Shown piece by piece: positions 40,564-51,510 of a DNA stretch of 64,000 nucleotides. A program made the position numbers and the translations under genes. The stretch lies in contig CALXWZ010000004.1 of NCBI GenBank assembly GCA_944392555.1, positions 26,525-90,524 on the forward strand, given 5' to 3'. The stretch is from an uncultured Alphaproteobacteria bacterium. GTDB taxonomy: Bacteria; Pseudomonadota; Alphaproteobacteria; CAAHEQ01; UBA3637. The notes under the pieces are model-generated. The model had not been told where the DNA came from. It searched no databases and saw only the letters and a program-made list of their open reading frames with translations. The first letter of the stretch is position 1, and the number at the start of each line of letters is the position of its first letter.

Positions 40564-41895
40564 ATGGCATCGTTATCGGATAAATTAACATCAAATATGG
40601 ATTTTTCGGCTTTTTCAAAAGCGAAAGATTTACAAAAGCGGTTGCTGTTTACCCTGTTTGCTTTAATCGTTTTTCGTTTGGGAACCTATATTCCCTTTCC
40701 CGGAATCAATCCGGGATTTTTAACGGAGTTTTTCTCTGAAAATTCGGGCGGATTGCTCGGTATGTTTAACGCCTTTACGGGGGGCGCATTATCCCGTATG
40801 TCGATTTTAGCATTAAATATTATGCCGTATATCTCGGCCTCCATTATCGTTCAGTTGGGGGCAAGCATTATCCCGTCGCTCATGATGTTGAAGAAAGAGG
40901 GCGAGTCGGGATTAAGAAAAATCAATCAATATACGCGTTATTTAACCGTTTTAATTACGGTTGTTCAAGCCTTTTTTATGGCCAAAGCATTAGAGAGTGC
41001 AGGTGCCGTCATTATGCCGTCCAGTGCTATGTTTGAATTATCAACGGTTGTTTCGTTGTTGGGCGGAACGATGTTTGTTGTGTGGCTCGGTGAACAAATC
41101 ACGGCCCGCGGAGTAGGTAACGGTGCATCGTTAATTATTATGACCGGTATTGTTGCCGGTATTCCGGATGCGTTGGTGCGCTTGTTGGAAGAAAATAAAA
41201 CCGGTGCAATGTCAACGGGTGTTTTATTGGCATTACTTTTGATGACATTCGCCATCATTTACATTGTTGTGTTTGTTGAAATGGCTCAACGGCGGATTCC
41301 CGTTCAATATCCGAAACGCCAAGTCGGGAATCGCTTAATGCAAGGAGCCAATTCTCACTTGCCGTTGAAAATTAATCCGACGGGTGTTATGCCCCCGATT
41401 TTCGCTAGTGCGATTTTGGCTATTCCGGTTGCCATCGTGCAATTCTCATCAAAAACAAATCAATCGGATTGGGTATCGCAGTTGGCCGTGTTATTAACAC
41501 CGGGACAATGGCTTTATATTGTGTTATTTGCATTTTTAATTATGTTCTTTACGTTCTTCTATACGGGCATTCAATCCAACCCGACGGAGACGGCAGACAA
41601 TTTGAAAAAACAAGGTGGATTCATTGCCGGTATTCGGCCGGGTAAAAATACGGCGGAGTATTTGGATTATGTGATTACGCGCTTAACGGTGCTCGGTGCC
41701 GTTTACTTGACGGCTTTATGTATTTTGCCGGAATTCTTGATTGCAACATGGGGTGTTCCGTTCTTTTTGGGTGGCACAACATTGCTCATCGTTGTTTCCG
41801 TTATCATGGATACGGTTTCGCAAATTCAATCGCACTTAATTGCGCATCAATACGAAGGGCTAATTAAGAAAGCAAAACTTAAAGGACATTTTTAA
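40564..41895 (+). CDS. secY: Preprotein translocase subunit SecY
   Basis: IMPYISASII, WLGEQIT, GNGAS, GIRPG. Confidence 0.98.
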   Translation: MASLSDKLTSNMDFSAFSKAKDLQKRLLFTLFALIVFRLGTYIPFPGINPGFLTEFFSENSGGLLGMFNAFTGGALSRMSILALNIMPYISASIIVQLGASIIPSLMMLKKEGESGLRKINQYTRYLTVLITVVQAFFMAKALESAGAVIMPSSAMFELSTVVSLLGGTMFVVWLGEQITARGVGNGASLIIMTGIVAGIPDALVRLLEENKTGAMSTGVLLALLLMTFAIIYIVVFVEMAQRRIPVQYPKRQVGNRLMQGANSHLPLKINPTGVMPPIFASAILAIPVAIVQFSSKTNQSDWVSQLAVLLTPGQWLYIVLFAFLIMFFTFFYTGIQSNPTETADNLKKQGGFIAGIRPGKNTAEYLDYVITRLTVLGAVYLTALCILPEFLIATWGVPFFLGGTTLLIVVSVIMDTVSQIQSHLIAHQYEGLIKKAKLKGHF

Positions 41896-41926
41896 TCTAT
41901 ACAAGTGAAAGTTAGGAGAAGAAGCA

Positions 41927-42607
41927 ATGCCGGAAATGTTGAGACGAAATATAGTCATGATGGGAGCCCCGGGAAGCGGGAAAGGAACGCAAAGTGCGAT
42001 TCTTTCAGAGAAACTTGGGATAAACGCATTTTCCATGGGCGATATTTTACGCGGTGTTGCAAAAGGAGATTCGGAAGAAGCGAAGTTAGTGAAATCGCTG
42101 ATTGAGAAGGGGAATATGGTTCCCGATCAGCTGGCCATTCGCTTAATGGAAAACGAATTGTTTAAGCCGGAAAATGAAAAAGGATATATATTAGACGGCT
42201 TTCCGCGCGAGCTTTCGCAGGCAGAGGCATTAGATACCGCTCTGAATAGCGAAAAATACGCGCAATATCACATGAACATTGATTTAGTCTTGCTCTTGCA
42301 GGTACCGGATGATTACGTAATTGATCGGATTATCGGACGGTATCAATGTGCGCATTGCAAGACGCTTTATCATGAAAAGTTTAAGCAACCACATGTATAC
42401 GGTGTGTGTGATGTATGTGGTGGCAAAGAATTCACGCGACGGGCTGACGATACCTATGAAACGGTTGTATCTAGACTCCGGACGTTTCGTCGTGTGACGG
42501 CTCCGGTTATACCTTACTACGAAATGAAGGGGCTCTTAGTGTGCGTTGATGGGACGGGACCCATTGACGTTGTGAGTGAAAAAATAAGAAAAATAGTCGG
42601 CTATTAA
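41927..42607 (+). CDS. adk: Adenylate kinase (Zn-binding LID)
   Basis: GAPGSGKGT, LDGFPR, CxxC...CxxC LID, RADD. Confidence 0.95.
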   Translation: MPEMLRRNIVMMGAPGSGKGTQSAILSEKLGINAFSMGDILRGVAKGDSEEAKLVKSLIEKGNMVPDQLAIRLMENELFKPENEKGYILDGFPRELSQAEALDTALNSEKYAQYHMNIDLVLLLQVPDDYVIDRIIGRYQCAHCKTLYHEKFKQPHVYGVCDVCGGKEFTRRADDTYETVVSRLRTFRRVTAPVIPYYEMKGLLVCVDGTGPIDVVSEKIRKIVGY

Positions 42608-42615
42608 AATAGGAC

Positions 42616-42644
42616 TTGACACGAAACGAAAAATAGATTATAAT
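42616..42644 (+). promoter_or_regulatory. Consensus sigma70 promoter of the alpha operon
   Basis: TTGACA-17 bp-TATAAT. Confidence 0.85.
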
Positions 42645-42723
42645 TCCCACTCGTTTAAGTGTCTTGTTTGCAAAAGCAGGACGAATAGTCGTTATTTTTT
42701 ATTATGTTAATGGAGAAAGTACC

Positions 42724-43101
42724 TTGGCACGTATTGCAGGTGTAAACATTCCGACATCAAAAATCGTCGTTATCGGTTTAACGTACATTTATGGAATCGG
42801 TCGGAAAAAAGCTGAAGAAATTTGCAGCAAATTGAATATTGATTCGCACAAGCGTGTGAATGATTTAACAGACGAAGAAACCTTAAAAATCCGCGAATTG
42901 ATTGATAGTTCGTATCGGGTGGAAGGTGATTTACGTCGTGAAGTATCCCTGAACATCAAGAGATTGATGGATCTTGGTTGCTATCGTGGGTTGCGTCATC
43001 GGAAAGGATTGCCGGTGCGCGGACAACGGACACACACAAATGCCCGGACACGTAAAGGTAAAGCAATTGCTATTGCCGGTAAGAAGAAAGTGACGAAGTA
43101 A
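42724..43101 (+). CDS. rpsM: 30S ribosomal protein S13 (TTG start)
   Basis: [26 protein letters not shown]; GGAG RBS before the TTG at 42724. Confidence 0.97.
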   Translation: MARIAGVNIPTSKIVVIGLTYIYGIGRKKAEEICSKLNIDSHKRVNDLTDEETLKIRELIDSSYRVEGDLRREVSLNIKRLMDLGCYRGLRHRKGLPVRGQRTHTNARTRKGKAIAIAGKKKVTK

Positions 43102-43115
43102 GGAAGGGATAAAAA

Positions 43116-43511
43116 ATGGCAGAAAAGAAAGTTGCTACGCGGACAAAGAATCGCGATAAGAAAAACATTTCCGTGGGTGTGGCTCACGTCAATTCATCGT
43201 TCAACAATACGATGGTAACGATTACGGACGTTCAAGGAAACACGATTTCATGGTCATCGGCCGGATTGAAAGGTTTTAAGGGCTCACGTAAATCAACACC
43301 GTATGCAGCGCAAGTCGCCGCTGATGATGCTGCTCGCAAAGCACAAGAACACGGATTAAAATCAATTGATGTTTTGGTAGAAGGTCCGGGTTCGGGTCGT
43401 GAATCGGCCTTACGGGCATTCCAAGCCGCCGGTTTGATTGTTACGTCAATTAAGGATATTACGGCTATTCCGCATAATGGTTGCCGTGCGCGTAAACGCC
43501 GCCGCGTGTAA
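43116..43511 (+). CDS. rpsK: 30S ribosomal protein S11
   Basis: [24 protein letters not shown]. Confidence 0.99.
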   Translation: MAEKKVATRTKNRDKKNISVGVAHVNSSFNNTMVTITDVQGNTISWSSAGLKGFKGSRKSTPYAAQVAADDAARKAQEHGLKSIDVLVEGPGSGRESALRAFQAAGLIVTSIKDITAIPHNGCRARKRRRV

Positions 43512-43574
43512 TGCGTTTGATGTGGGGCAATGAATTGCCCCGATGTAAAACTCTATGAATAAGGGAGCCTTATT

Positions 43575-44588
43575 ATGATACAAAAGAATTGGCAAGACTT
43601 GATTAAACCGTCAACGTTGTCCGTTAATCAGTCAGTACCCGGATTTAAAGCGACGATGGTTATTGAACCGTTGGAACGCGGATTTGGGATTACGCTCGGA
43701 AATGCTTTGCGCCGGGTGTTATTGTCGTCATTACAGGGCGGAGCCGTCACAGCAATTAAAATTGATGGTGTGTTGCATGAATTCTCATCCATTCCGGGTG
43801 TTCGGGAAGATGTAACGGAAATCATTTTAAACATCAAAGATTTGGCATTAAAAGTGGATTCGGAATTGCCACAACGCATTTATTTGAATGCGACGGGTCC
43901 GGCCGTTGTGACAGCCGGTCAAATCACAACGAATCAAAGCGTTGAAGTGATGAATCCGGATTTGGTTATTTGCACGTTGGATGCAGGCGCTTCCATCAAT
44001 ATGGAAATGATTGTTTCAACGGGTAAAGGCTATGTAACAGCAGCAGCAAATCGTCCGGAAGATTGCCCGATCGGGTTGATTCCGATTGATTCCATTTACT
44101 CACCCGTTAAATCGGTTGTGTACAAAACGGTAAATGCTCGTGTCGGTCAACAAACAGACTATGACAAGTTGTATTTAACGGTTGAAACAAACGGAACGGT
44201 ATCGCCGGAAGATGCGGTTGCATTGGCTGCTCGCATTTTACAAGAACAACTGAAAGCGTTTATTAACTTTGAAGAACCGGAAGAAGCAACGCTTGAAGAT
44301 AAGATTGCCGAATTGCCGTTCAACAAGAACTTGTTATTGAAGGTAGATGAACTTGAATTATCCGTTCGTTCGGCAAATTGCTTGAAGAATGATAACATCA
44401 TTTACATTGGTGACTTGGTCCAAAAAACGGAATCTGAAATGTTGCGGACACCGAATTTCGGTCGGAAGTCTTTGAACGAAATCAAAGAATTGTTGGGCAA
44501 TATGGACTTGCATCTCGGTATGCAGGTTGAGGGTTGGCCTCCGGAAGATTTGGAAGCATTATCCGCCACGGTTGATGCCGAAAATTAA
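43575..44588 (+). CDS. rpoA: RNA polymerase subunit alpha
   Basis: [39 protein letters not shown]. Confidence 0.99.
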   Translation: MIQKNWQDLIKPSTLSVNQSVPGFKATMVIEPLERGFGITLGNALRRVLLSSLQGGAVTAIKIDGVLHEFSSIPGVREDVTEIILNIKDLALKVDSELPQRIYLNATGPAVVTAGQITTNQSVEVMNPDLVICTLDAGASINMEMIVSTGKGYVTAAANRPEDCPIGLIPIDSIYSPVKSVVYKTVNARVGQQTDYDKLYLTVETNGTVSPEDAVALAARILQEQLKAFINFEEPEEATLEDKIAELPFNKNLLLKVDELELSVRSANCLKNDNIIYIGDLVQKTESEMLRTPNFGRKSLNEIKELLGNMDLHLGMQVEGWPPEDLEALSATVDAEN

Positions 44589-44713
44589 AAAGAAAATCGC
44601 CGAAATGGTTTCGGCGTCCGATCTTTACATTGCTTGCCAAGGAGTGTGGAGGAATCGGTTAGTATTATCAGCTTTGCGCGTCAAGGCTTTATGATGAAGA
44701 AAGGAAAGAAAAA

Positions 44714-45190
44714 ATGCGTCACGGATTTAAGAAAAGAACGCTGAATAAGAAAATTGCACATCGTCGTTCAATGTTTGCGAATATGGCAGTATCGTTGATT
44801 AAACATGAACAAATTAAAACAACGTTGCCGAAAGCAAAAGAATTGCGTCCGATTATTGAAAAATTGATTACAAAAGGAAAGACAAACACATTGCACGTTC
44901 GTCGTCAATTGATTTCCTTTTTGCGTGATGAAGCAATGACGGAGAAATTGCTCTCTGTTGTTTCGCCGCGTTATCAATCACGTCCGGGCGGATATGTGCG
45001 TGTATTAAAAGCCGGTTTCCGCTATGGCGACTGCGCTCCGATGGCGATTATTGAACTCGTTGATCGGGATGTGACAGCCAAAGGGAAAGATTCCGGACAG
45101 GTTGTAGAAGTGGAAGCAGAAGCACCGGTTGCCGAAAAAGCAAAGAAGAGTGCGAAGAAAGAAGAAGCAACGGAAGAGAAAAAAGCTTAA
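44714..45190 (+). CDS. rplQ: 50S ribosomal protein L17
   Basis: [19 protein letters not shown]. Confidence 0.98.
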   Translation: MRHGFKKRTLNKKIAHRRSMFANMAVSLIKHEQIKTTLPKAKELRPIIEKLITKGKTNTLHVRRQLISFLRDEAMTEKLLSVVSPRYQSRPGGYVRVLKAGFRYGDCAPMAIIELVDRDVTAKGKDSGQVVEVEAEAPVAEKAKKSAKKEEATEEKKA

Positions 45191-45216
45191 CTGATAAACT
45201 TCTTTTTCCATTAAAG

Positions 45217-45245
45217 AAAAGCGATGCGAAAGCGTCGCTTTTTTT
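45217..45245 (+). terminator. Intrinsic terminator after rplQ
   Basis: GCGATGC-GAAA-GCGTCGC plus T7. Confidence 0.85.
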
Positions 45246-45646
45246 GCATGTCGGAACAGCGGTATGAGAGGTTGCCAGCTGTGTTTGCTGGGAAAAGATA
45301 AAGATGTGTTGATGAAGTCGTGTATTGAATGCCCTAGACAGTATTTGATAATTTTTTGATGTAATAAGGTGGCAAGAAAATGTTTGTATATCCGACTGAA
45401 TAAAAGCAGTGAAGCATTAATTTATCCGTTATTCGGATACAAAAAAACGGACTCTACAAAAAGGTCCGTCTAGATGATATAGCATAAAGAGGATTATAAG
45501 GGTATTTTTAAAATAATCAAGCAAAAATTTAGATATGATTATCTGATTGTAAAATAACAATTTTTTATAACTTCTTTTTGCGGGGCGATTTTGCATTGTA
45601 TCCCCTCTACATAAACGGACGTTTATGTAGAATGGGGAGAAAGAAA

Positions 45647-47776
45647 ATGAATATAAAACAAATAGTTAAATTGGCTTCTTTTTATGCAAAAAAAGTAAAA
45701 AACGGGGAATTTAAAGCGAATCGCGCAAAACAAGGGATAAAATCAGCGAATCAAAATAGCTTCACGCGCTTGAAAAATAATCAAAAAGCAAGATTTTTAA
45801 CAGACTCACAAACGCAAGGTGGATTGAATGGATTTTGCGGGTTGCGCGGATTAAGTGGCGTGCGAACAAGGGGAGTGCGCCTTACCGAATACGGGCGGAG
45901 TATGGTAGAAATGCTGGGCGTGTTGGCGGTGATTGGCGTGTTATCGGTTGCGGGAATAATGGGCTATCGGTATGCGATGACGATGTATCGGGCGAATGAA
46001 ACGGTTCATGAAATTAATTTACGGGCGTATGCAATCGCCCCGATTGCAGATAATAACACAACCGATCCCGAGAATCCCGAAATCGTGATGGAAATGGGCA
46101 ACACAACGAATCTCGGGTATCCGATAACAGCATATTGGTTGGAAGACCCGAAATATTTTGAAATAGAAGTGCAGAATGTGCCGGTAGCTGAATGCAAGAT
46201 GATATTGCGGACAGAATGGGCGTTGCCGATTATTATGAAAGTGGGCGATTTGGCATACGACGGGAACACCAGTATCTGCGACGGATTAACGGAGGCAGGG
46301 GAGCCGACAACAACGGCCGTGATGATCTTCCAATACGGGGCGCACTTGGAAGACGATATGTTGCCCTATCAAGAATGCCATAATGATGACGATTGTGCGA
46401 GCAAATGTGCAAGATGTTCGGCAGAGGGTGTATGTGTGTCAATCTGCGGGAGTAATGAACGGTGCAGGCAAGATATTTTAACGGGGAGTCAAGTCTGTTG
46501 CACGAGCGACAGGTGGGCAGGGCCTTATTGTTGCCCATCCACAATGAACGGCTATTGTTGCAACGTGTCAGGCGATCAATGTTGCCCCTGGTTTAAACCG
46601 CTCATAGATAAAAACGGCAACTGCTACACATGCGAGGAAGAAAATGGAATTGATGTAACAGGTGTCAATGAAAACTGCAACGCTTGCCCCAATAGAGAAG
46701 TGTGGAATAATAAATGCGTCTTGCCGTGTGGAGAAAATGAAATCCGCGGAACAAATGGAAAGTGTTATAGTTGTGATGAAAGCGACCCAATTTATTTGTA
46801 TTCTATGAAAAGTGAATGTTCAAAATGTTTAAATCGAATCTTGACGGGAAATGGGAGCGCATTTTGTTCATTGCCTTGCAAAGAAGGTACTTTTACAGGA
46901 AAAGATGGAAAATGCTATGAATGCTCCATCGAAAGAAACGTTAGTGTTCAAGGAGTAGTTAATAGTGGATGCGAACGTTGTGAGGGAAGGACACAAATCG
47001 GCAATATCTGCATGCTTGATTGTCCGGCGCAAGGAGAATTTCAATTCCGTGGTGACAATGGAAAATGCTATTCTTGCAATGAAGAAAATCCCGTCAATCT
47101 TGGAGGTGATTCATCTGCCTGTAACGCAATTTGTAAGAATCGTATTGCAAATGGATATGATAATGGATATTGCTCCTTGCCGTGTTTGGAAGGAACATTT
47201 ACAGATAGTGGGGGTAAGTGTCATAGTTGTAACACGCCGAAAAGTATCAGAGTATACGCAGTAAAGCATAGTGGTTGTGAACAGTGTAGTAATCGTCGAA
47301 AGGTTGGAAGTGCCTGTGTGTTAGATTGTCCAGAAAAGGGATATTTTCGCGGAAATGATGGAATATGTTATGCTTGTGATGAAGTTAACACCGTATTAAG
47401 TGATTCGGTGCTATGTACCGAGAGTTGCCCTAACCGTACGGCAAGTGGATATGATAATGGATACTGCTCATTACCGTGTGCAGATGGAGAATTTACTGGG
47501 CAAAGAGGGGAATGTCATTCATGTACGGAGGACAAAAATATTTCTACTTATGCCGTATATCACGATGGCTGTGAACGTTGTCCCGATACACGCAATCAAT
47601 ATAATAGCTATTGTGTTCCGAAATGTCCGGCGGATGCGCCACTCCGAGGTTGGGATAATAAATGTTATCCCTGTGATACAACAGAACGTGTGAATGTTCA
47701 GAATATAACCGATGCTTGTATGGAATGCTATGAAGAGCGCACATTAGATGGAAATTACTGTGTCTTAAAAGAATAA
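45647..47776 (+). CDS. Prepilin-type (class III signal) protein with long cysteine-rich repeat region
   Basis: G|RSMVEMLGVLAVIGVLSV pilin helix with E5 at 45893 onward, then repeated GxDGKCYSC...CxxCxNR units; GGAG RBS before the ATG at 45647. Confidence 0.85.
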   Translation: MNIKQIVKLASFYAKKVKNGEFKANRAKQGIKSANQNSFTRLKNNQKARFLTDSQTQGGLNGFCGLRGLSGVRTRGVRLTEYGRSMVEMLGVLAVIGVLSVAGIMGYRYAMTMYRANETVHEINLRAYAIAPIADNNTTDPENPEIVMEMGNTTNLGYPITAYWLEDPKYFEIEVQNVPVAECKMILRTEWALPIIMKVGDLAYDGNTSICDGLTEAGEPTTTAVMIFQYGAHLEDDMLPYQECHNDDDCASKCARCSAEGVCVSICGSNERCRQDILTGSQVCCTSDRWAGPYCCPSTMNGYCCNVSGDQCCPWFKPLIDKNGNCYTCEEENGIDVTGVNENCNACPNREVWNNKCVLPCGENEIRGTNGKCYSCDESDPIYLYSMKSECSKCLNRILTGNGSAFCSLPCKEGTFTGKDGKCYECSIERNVSVQGVVNSGCERCEGRTQIGNICMLDCPAQGEFQFRGDNGKCYSCNEENPVNLGGDSSACNAICKNRIANGYDNGYCSLPCLEGTFTDSGGKCHSCNTPKSIRVYAVKHSGCEQCSNRRKVGSACVLDCPEKGYFRGNDGICYACDEVNTVLSDSVLCTESCPNRTASGYDNGYCSLPCADGEFTGQRGECHSCTEDKNISTYAVYHDGCERCPDTRNQYNSYCVPKCPADAPLRGWDNKCYPCDTTERVNVQNITDACMECYEERTLDGNYCVLKE

Positions 47777-48066
47777 GGTGCACGCGTAAGAAATAAGGAA
47801 AATGGGTTAAAAGTTCCTCCTTTATGTATGTTTTTCTGGCGGAATGATGCCTCAAATTACGCACGATAATTTGAACTTTATCTGTGGGGTTTAAGTTGCT
47901 ATGTTTTTTGAGCGACTGCTGAGCCATGGTAATTTGCAAGTATGTTTGATGAAAAAGTCTTCGGGAAATCAAAAATAAAATTCCTTACTTTTCAGATGCT
48001 GTTATGTAAAATTTTGACATAAAGGATTTGTTTTGTTGGGTAAATCGGAAAGAATATAAAAAAAAC

Positions 48067-48095
48067 TTGCAATATCGGGGAAATGCGTGTAAAAT
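48067..48095 (+). promoter_or_regulatory. Sigma70 promoter of the secretion-system operon
   Basis: TTGCAA-17 bp-TAAAAT. Confidence 0.55.
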
Positions 48096-48132
48096 TAAAG
48101 AAAAGGTCTTATACGCATTTGCGGAGGGTGTT

Positions 48133-49020
48133 ATGGTACATTTTAATAAATACTTCTTTTTTTGTTTGATAAATGCAATCCTTGCTGTAAATGTGGGCGT
48201 TTTTTCGCAAGCGCAGGCAACCCTCCAAACGAAAACTATTTCCGAAGTTTTACAAGATGCGACCGTTCAGGTTAAACGGGCCGATAAGGCTGTGAATGAT
48301 ACGTCAACAGCTGTTGTGACAACTATTGAAGCCAAAACAAATGGCTTTAAAGAGCTTGTTAACGAAAATATTACCGATGTGAGTGGATATATCGGTGAGC
48401 AGTATCAAAATGTTACAGGATATGTGGATAGTCAAATTCAGGCCGGTGGTGAGTATATTGCAGATCAAGCACAAGATGTCGGTGAATATGTTGCCGATAG
48501 TGTCGGCCTCTCGGGAGAAGCCGGCGAGGGTTTCTCTTTGACACAAGATTTAGGGTGTTTAAAAGAAGCTGTTTCAAAGTATAGCAAATATATCAAACCG
48601 GCTGCTCAGTTGGTTTCCGGCGATATATTCGGAGCGGTTTCGGGTGTGCGTGATTCTTTCTACACGAAAACATCCGATAAATTATCCGGTTATTCCGTTT
48701 CGCAGGTGCAAAAGAATTTAAAAAAATTCGTGCAGGATGCAACGCAGACAGCTATTGGCGATTCAACACAGGTGATGAACGGCACGTCGCAGTTTGAGAA
48801 AGTGCAAGAGTCGGCACAGGATAATAAGAATGCAACTGCATCGTGTAAGCCGACAAATGTTAAAGAAGATATTAATAAAACAAATAGTGCCGGTATGACG
48901 ATGAACGTGATGGCAAACACGTTGCTTTCATTGGATATTACGGAACTTTCAATTCAAAGTGCGACAATTTATGATAACATTAACTCCGTTTCAATTAACG
49001 GCTTGCTGATGAAGAATTAA
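48133..49020 (+). CDS. Exported helical protein (possible VirB5-like) with 11-aa repeats
   Basis: GGAGG RBS, signal peptide ending AQA, GYIGEQYQNVT-type repeats. Confidence 0.6.
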   Translation: MVHFNKYFFFCLINAILAVNVGVFSQAQATLQTKTISEVLQDATVQVKRADKAVNDTSTAVVTTIEAKTNGFKELVNENITDVSGYIGEQYQNVTGYVDSQIQAGGEYIADQAQDVGEYVADSVGLSGEAGEGFSLTQDLGCLKEAVSKYSKYIKPAAQLVSGDIFGAVSGVRDSFYTKTSDKLSGYSVSQVQKNLKKFVQDATQTAIGDSTQVMNGTSQFEKVQESAQDNKNATASCKPTNVKEDINKTNSAGMTMNVMANTLLSLDITELSIQSATIYDNINSVSINGLLMKN

Positions 49021-49032
49021 GGGAGAGAAACC

Positions 49033-49917
49033 ATGAAGAAGTCTTTTAAATTTTTCGGATTGATTTTAGCAGGGGTGATTCTCTTCCCTACGGTTTTGTC
49101 GGCCCAAGTGATTACAAAAGACGATAAGGAACTTTTGAATTTAGGGAAACAAGTTTATAATGAGGGAGAAAGCTTGATTCAATCTGTTCAATCTCTGCAA
49201 CAGAGCGTAACGCGCGCGATTGATTTGGGCGCATATATGGACACAATTTTTGATGTGAGCTTTCTAATTCCGAAACCGGAACTTTCTTCCGATGTTGTTG
49301 ATTCTGTGCCGAAAACAGAAGGTGATTCGGCATCTGGAGCGGGAGATATTGCTTCATCTGCCACATCAGCCGTCGGAGGCGGTGATGGTGCTTCGCAACA
49401 ATTTGAAAGCTCTTCCAAGGTTAAAGCCTCCGTAAGTAATAACATGCAAGTGCGTGATACAAGTCAGGAATCCTCAACGGGTAATGCCGATGTAGATAAT
49501 GTGGTTTCGGCTATGACGGGTGGAGAGGTGTCTTCCGGATCTCGATCGGATGAAATAAGCCGTAAAAAAGCGCAACTTGCAAAATCAAAACAAGCGTTTG
49601 CACGGTATGCGTTGGCAACGGCACTTGTTCATCGCACGCTTGCACACAGAACGTTTGAGGATAACAAAGAAATTGCTCAGGAACAGGCCGCCAAAACAAC
49701 AACCATTCGTGAAACGCATACGGGCAAATCTGTTGGAAACATGGCTTTGGCAGATACGTTTAACAGATTATTGATGTCGCAAGCGGCGGCAAACGGATTA
49801 AGTGCCTTTTCCGCTATGGATGATATGGAAGGCAAAATTGATTTTAATCTGCGCGGGATTACCGATAAAGCCACAGGCGGAGTATTGGGAAATGTCGGTG
49901 GTATTTTGGGGCAATAG
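49033..49917 (+). CDS. Exported helical protein (possible VirB5-like)
   Basis: Signal peptide ending LSA-Q; operonic; helical C-terminal half. Confidence 0.6.
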   Translation: MKKSFKFFGLILAGVILFPTVLSAQVITKDDKELLNLGKQVYNEGESLIQSVQSLQQSVTRAIDLGAYMDTIFDVSFLIPKPELSSDVVDSVPKTEGDSASGAGDIASSATSAVGGGDGASQQFESSSKVKASVSNNMQVRDTSQESSTGNADVDNVVSAMTGGEVSSGSRSDEISRKKAQLAKSKQAFARYALATALVHRTLAHRTFEDNKEIAQEQAAKTTTIRETHTGKSVGNMALADTFNRLLMSQAAANGLSAFSAMDDMEGKIDFNLRGITDKATGGVLGNVGGILGQ

Positions 49918-49928
49918 AGGAGGCGGTT

Positions 49929-50696
49929 ATGATGAATAAAATTATTTTATATACAGTGGGAGCTATATTTTTATCAAATACCGCAGTGGCGCAGATTCAA
50001 ATTTTAACGCCTTATCCGGTGAGTGAAAATTTGGCATATCCCGAGAAGATATTGCAAACGGTGTATGCACAACTATCCGGCGAGGATGATAAAGAAAAAA
50101 ATGAGCAAGATAAGAAAAAAATAGAAATGCGCGATCCGAAAAAAGATTCGGCCGAGGTTAAGACAAATCAAGGAAATCCGGAAAGTTCTGAATTTCCGCC
50201 CTATGGTGACGAGAAATTAAGAGCCGCATTAGCCAAGAAAGAACCCTCAATTCCGGAAGTGGAAGGCGTAATTAAAGAAACATTCGTTTATCAATCGGAG
50301 ACATTGAACGAAACAGGCAATGTGGAAGTCGATAAGAAATCATCCGATACATCGGCCGAAGCGGAAGACGGCACATTGGAAAAATTACAGATGCAAACGA
50401 TTTTAACATACGAAAACGGACGGGCATTGGCGCGACGTGCATTAGATTTAATTGAAAAAGCACAAAAAGATGCCGAAGAAATAAAAGCTGAAAACGATGC
50501 TCGCACCACAACCGGCTCGATACAAAAAGGTATGCCCTCATCCGTTATGTTCCGCACACAGCAGTTGCTGAATGAAATTGCAACTTTGCGGAATAGTTAT
50601 ATTGAGATTAATGCAATTAACACCATTCAAGGAACGGAAGTTTCAAAGTCGGGTGGTCTTGTTGAGGATGTGTTAAATACGGTAACGGGAGGGTAA
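49929..50696 (+). CDS. Exported helical protein (possible VirB5-like)
   Basis: Signal peptide ending AVA-Q; operonic. Confidence 0.6.
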   Translation: MMNKIILYTVGAIFLSNTAVAQIQILTPYPVSENLAYPEKILQTVYAQLSGEDDKEKNEQDKKKIEMRDPKKDSAEVKTNQGNPESSEFPPYGDEKLRAALAKKEPSIPEVEGVIKETFVYQSETLNETGNVEVDKKSSDTSAEAEDGTLEKLQMQTILTYENGRALARRALDLIEKAQKDAEEIKAENDARTTTGSIQKGMPSSVMFRTQQLLNEIATLRNSYIEINAINTIQGTEVSKSGGLVEDVLNTVTGG

Positions 50697-50697
50697 G

Positions 50698-51510
50698 ATG
50701 ACAGGAAAGAAAGTGCTTATATATGGCTTTTTATCCGGTATGATTATATTGTCGGCAAGTGCTTGCTTTGCGGCGGGAACACCGGTGACCGACCCTGAAC
50801 GGGACGCAAAAGGTGTTTTGCAACAAGCTGAATCGCTTGCTGATAAAGCACAACAGGAAATCATCAAAGCAGAGGAGAAAAAATCCGAAGTTGCCGAACA
50901 TGGAAATGCAAATTGCAGTGCAAATCCGCAAAATACAAAAGAAAACGGCGCTATTAAAACAGAAGTGTTTGAATACTTATATGATGAAGTGTTAGATTCC
51001 GGTTTTGAAGATGAAGCGGATGAGATTATTAAGCCCGCCGAAACATATGCTGAAAATCTTAAAAAGGTTAAGGAAACCTTTTTTGCGCAACCGAATGAGG
51101 ATAGTGGATTAACGGAGTTGGGTGAAAAAGTTAATAAGGTAACATCGGCTGCCGGTTTAGATATGAGTAAGGCAGGATTAAGTACGGAAGAAATCAAAAA
51201 AATCAGAGAGATTCGTGAAGAGTATGCCAGTCAGGTAGCTGCAAAAAATCTTAAAATTTCACTGGACTTACGCGAAAAAATGGCTGAAGATTTTGAGTCA
51301 ATACAAAAAACGCAGACAGCCGGATGTAATCAGTTACAAGGTTTGATGATGGATAACAGAAATTTAGTGGCGCTGATTAAGGAAACATCATCGGATATTA
51401 TGATTCAGATTTTAACGCTGGAATCAATGGGTGCCAAAATGCTTTTAAAAGAAGATGCGGAATTGTTGAGTGTTCCTAAAAAAGTATCGGATGAGGAGGA
51501 AAAATCATGA
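50698..51510 (+). CDS. Exported helical protein (possible VirB5-like)
   Basis: Signal peptide followed by GTPVTDP, similar to the G-x-P-V-x-D mature N-terminus of VirB5/TrbJ proteins. Confidence 0.6.
   Translation: MTGKKVLIYGFLSGMIILSASACFAAGTPVTDPERDAKGVLQQAESLADKAQQEIIKAEEKKSEVAEHGNANCSANPQNTKENGAIKTEVFEYLYDEVLDSGFEDEADEIIKPAETYAENLKKVKETFFAQPNEDSGLTELGEKVNKVTSAAGLDMSKAGLSTEEIKKIREIREEYASQVAAKNLKISLDLREKMAEDFESIQKTQTAGCNQLQGLMMDNRNLVALIKETSSDIMIQILTLESMGAKMLLKEDAELLSVPKKVSDEEEKS

Noticed and set aside
28430-45211. Alternative-frame and antisense ORFs within ribosomal genes
   Set aside because: Shadows of highly conserved coding sequences.
45246-45359. Short Cys-containing frame after the rplQ terminator as a remnant of a Cys-rich gene
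   Set aside because: Too short, with no RBS or clear match to the neighbouring repeats.
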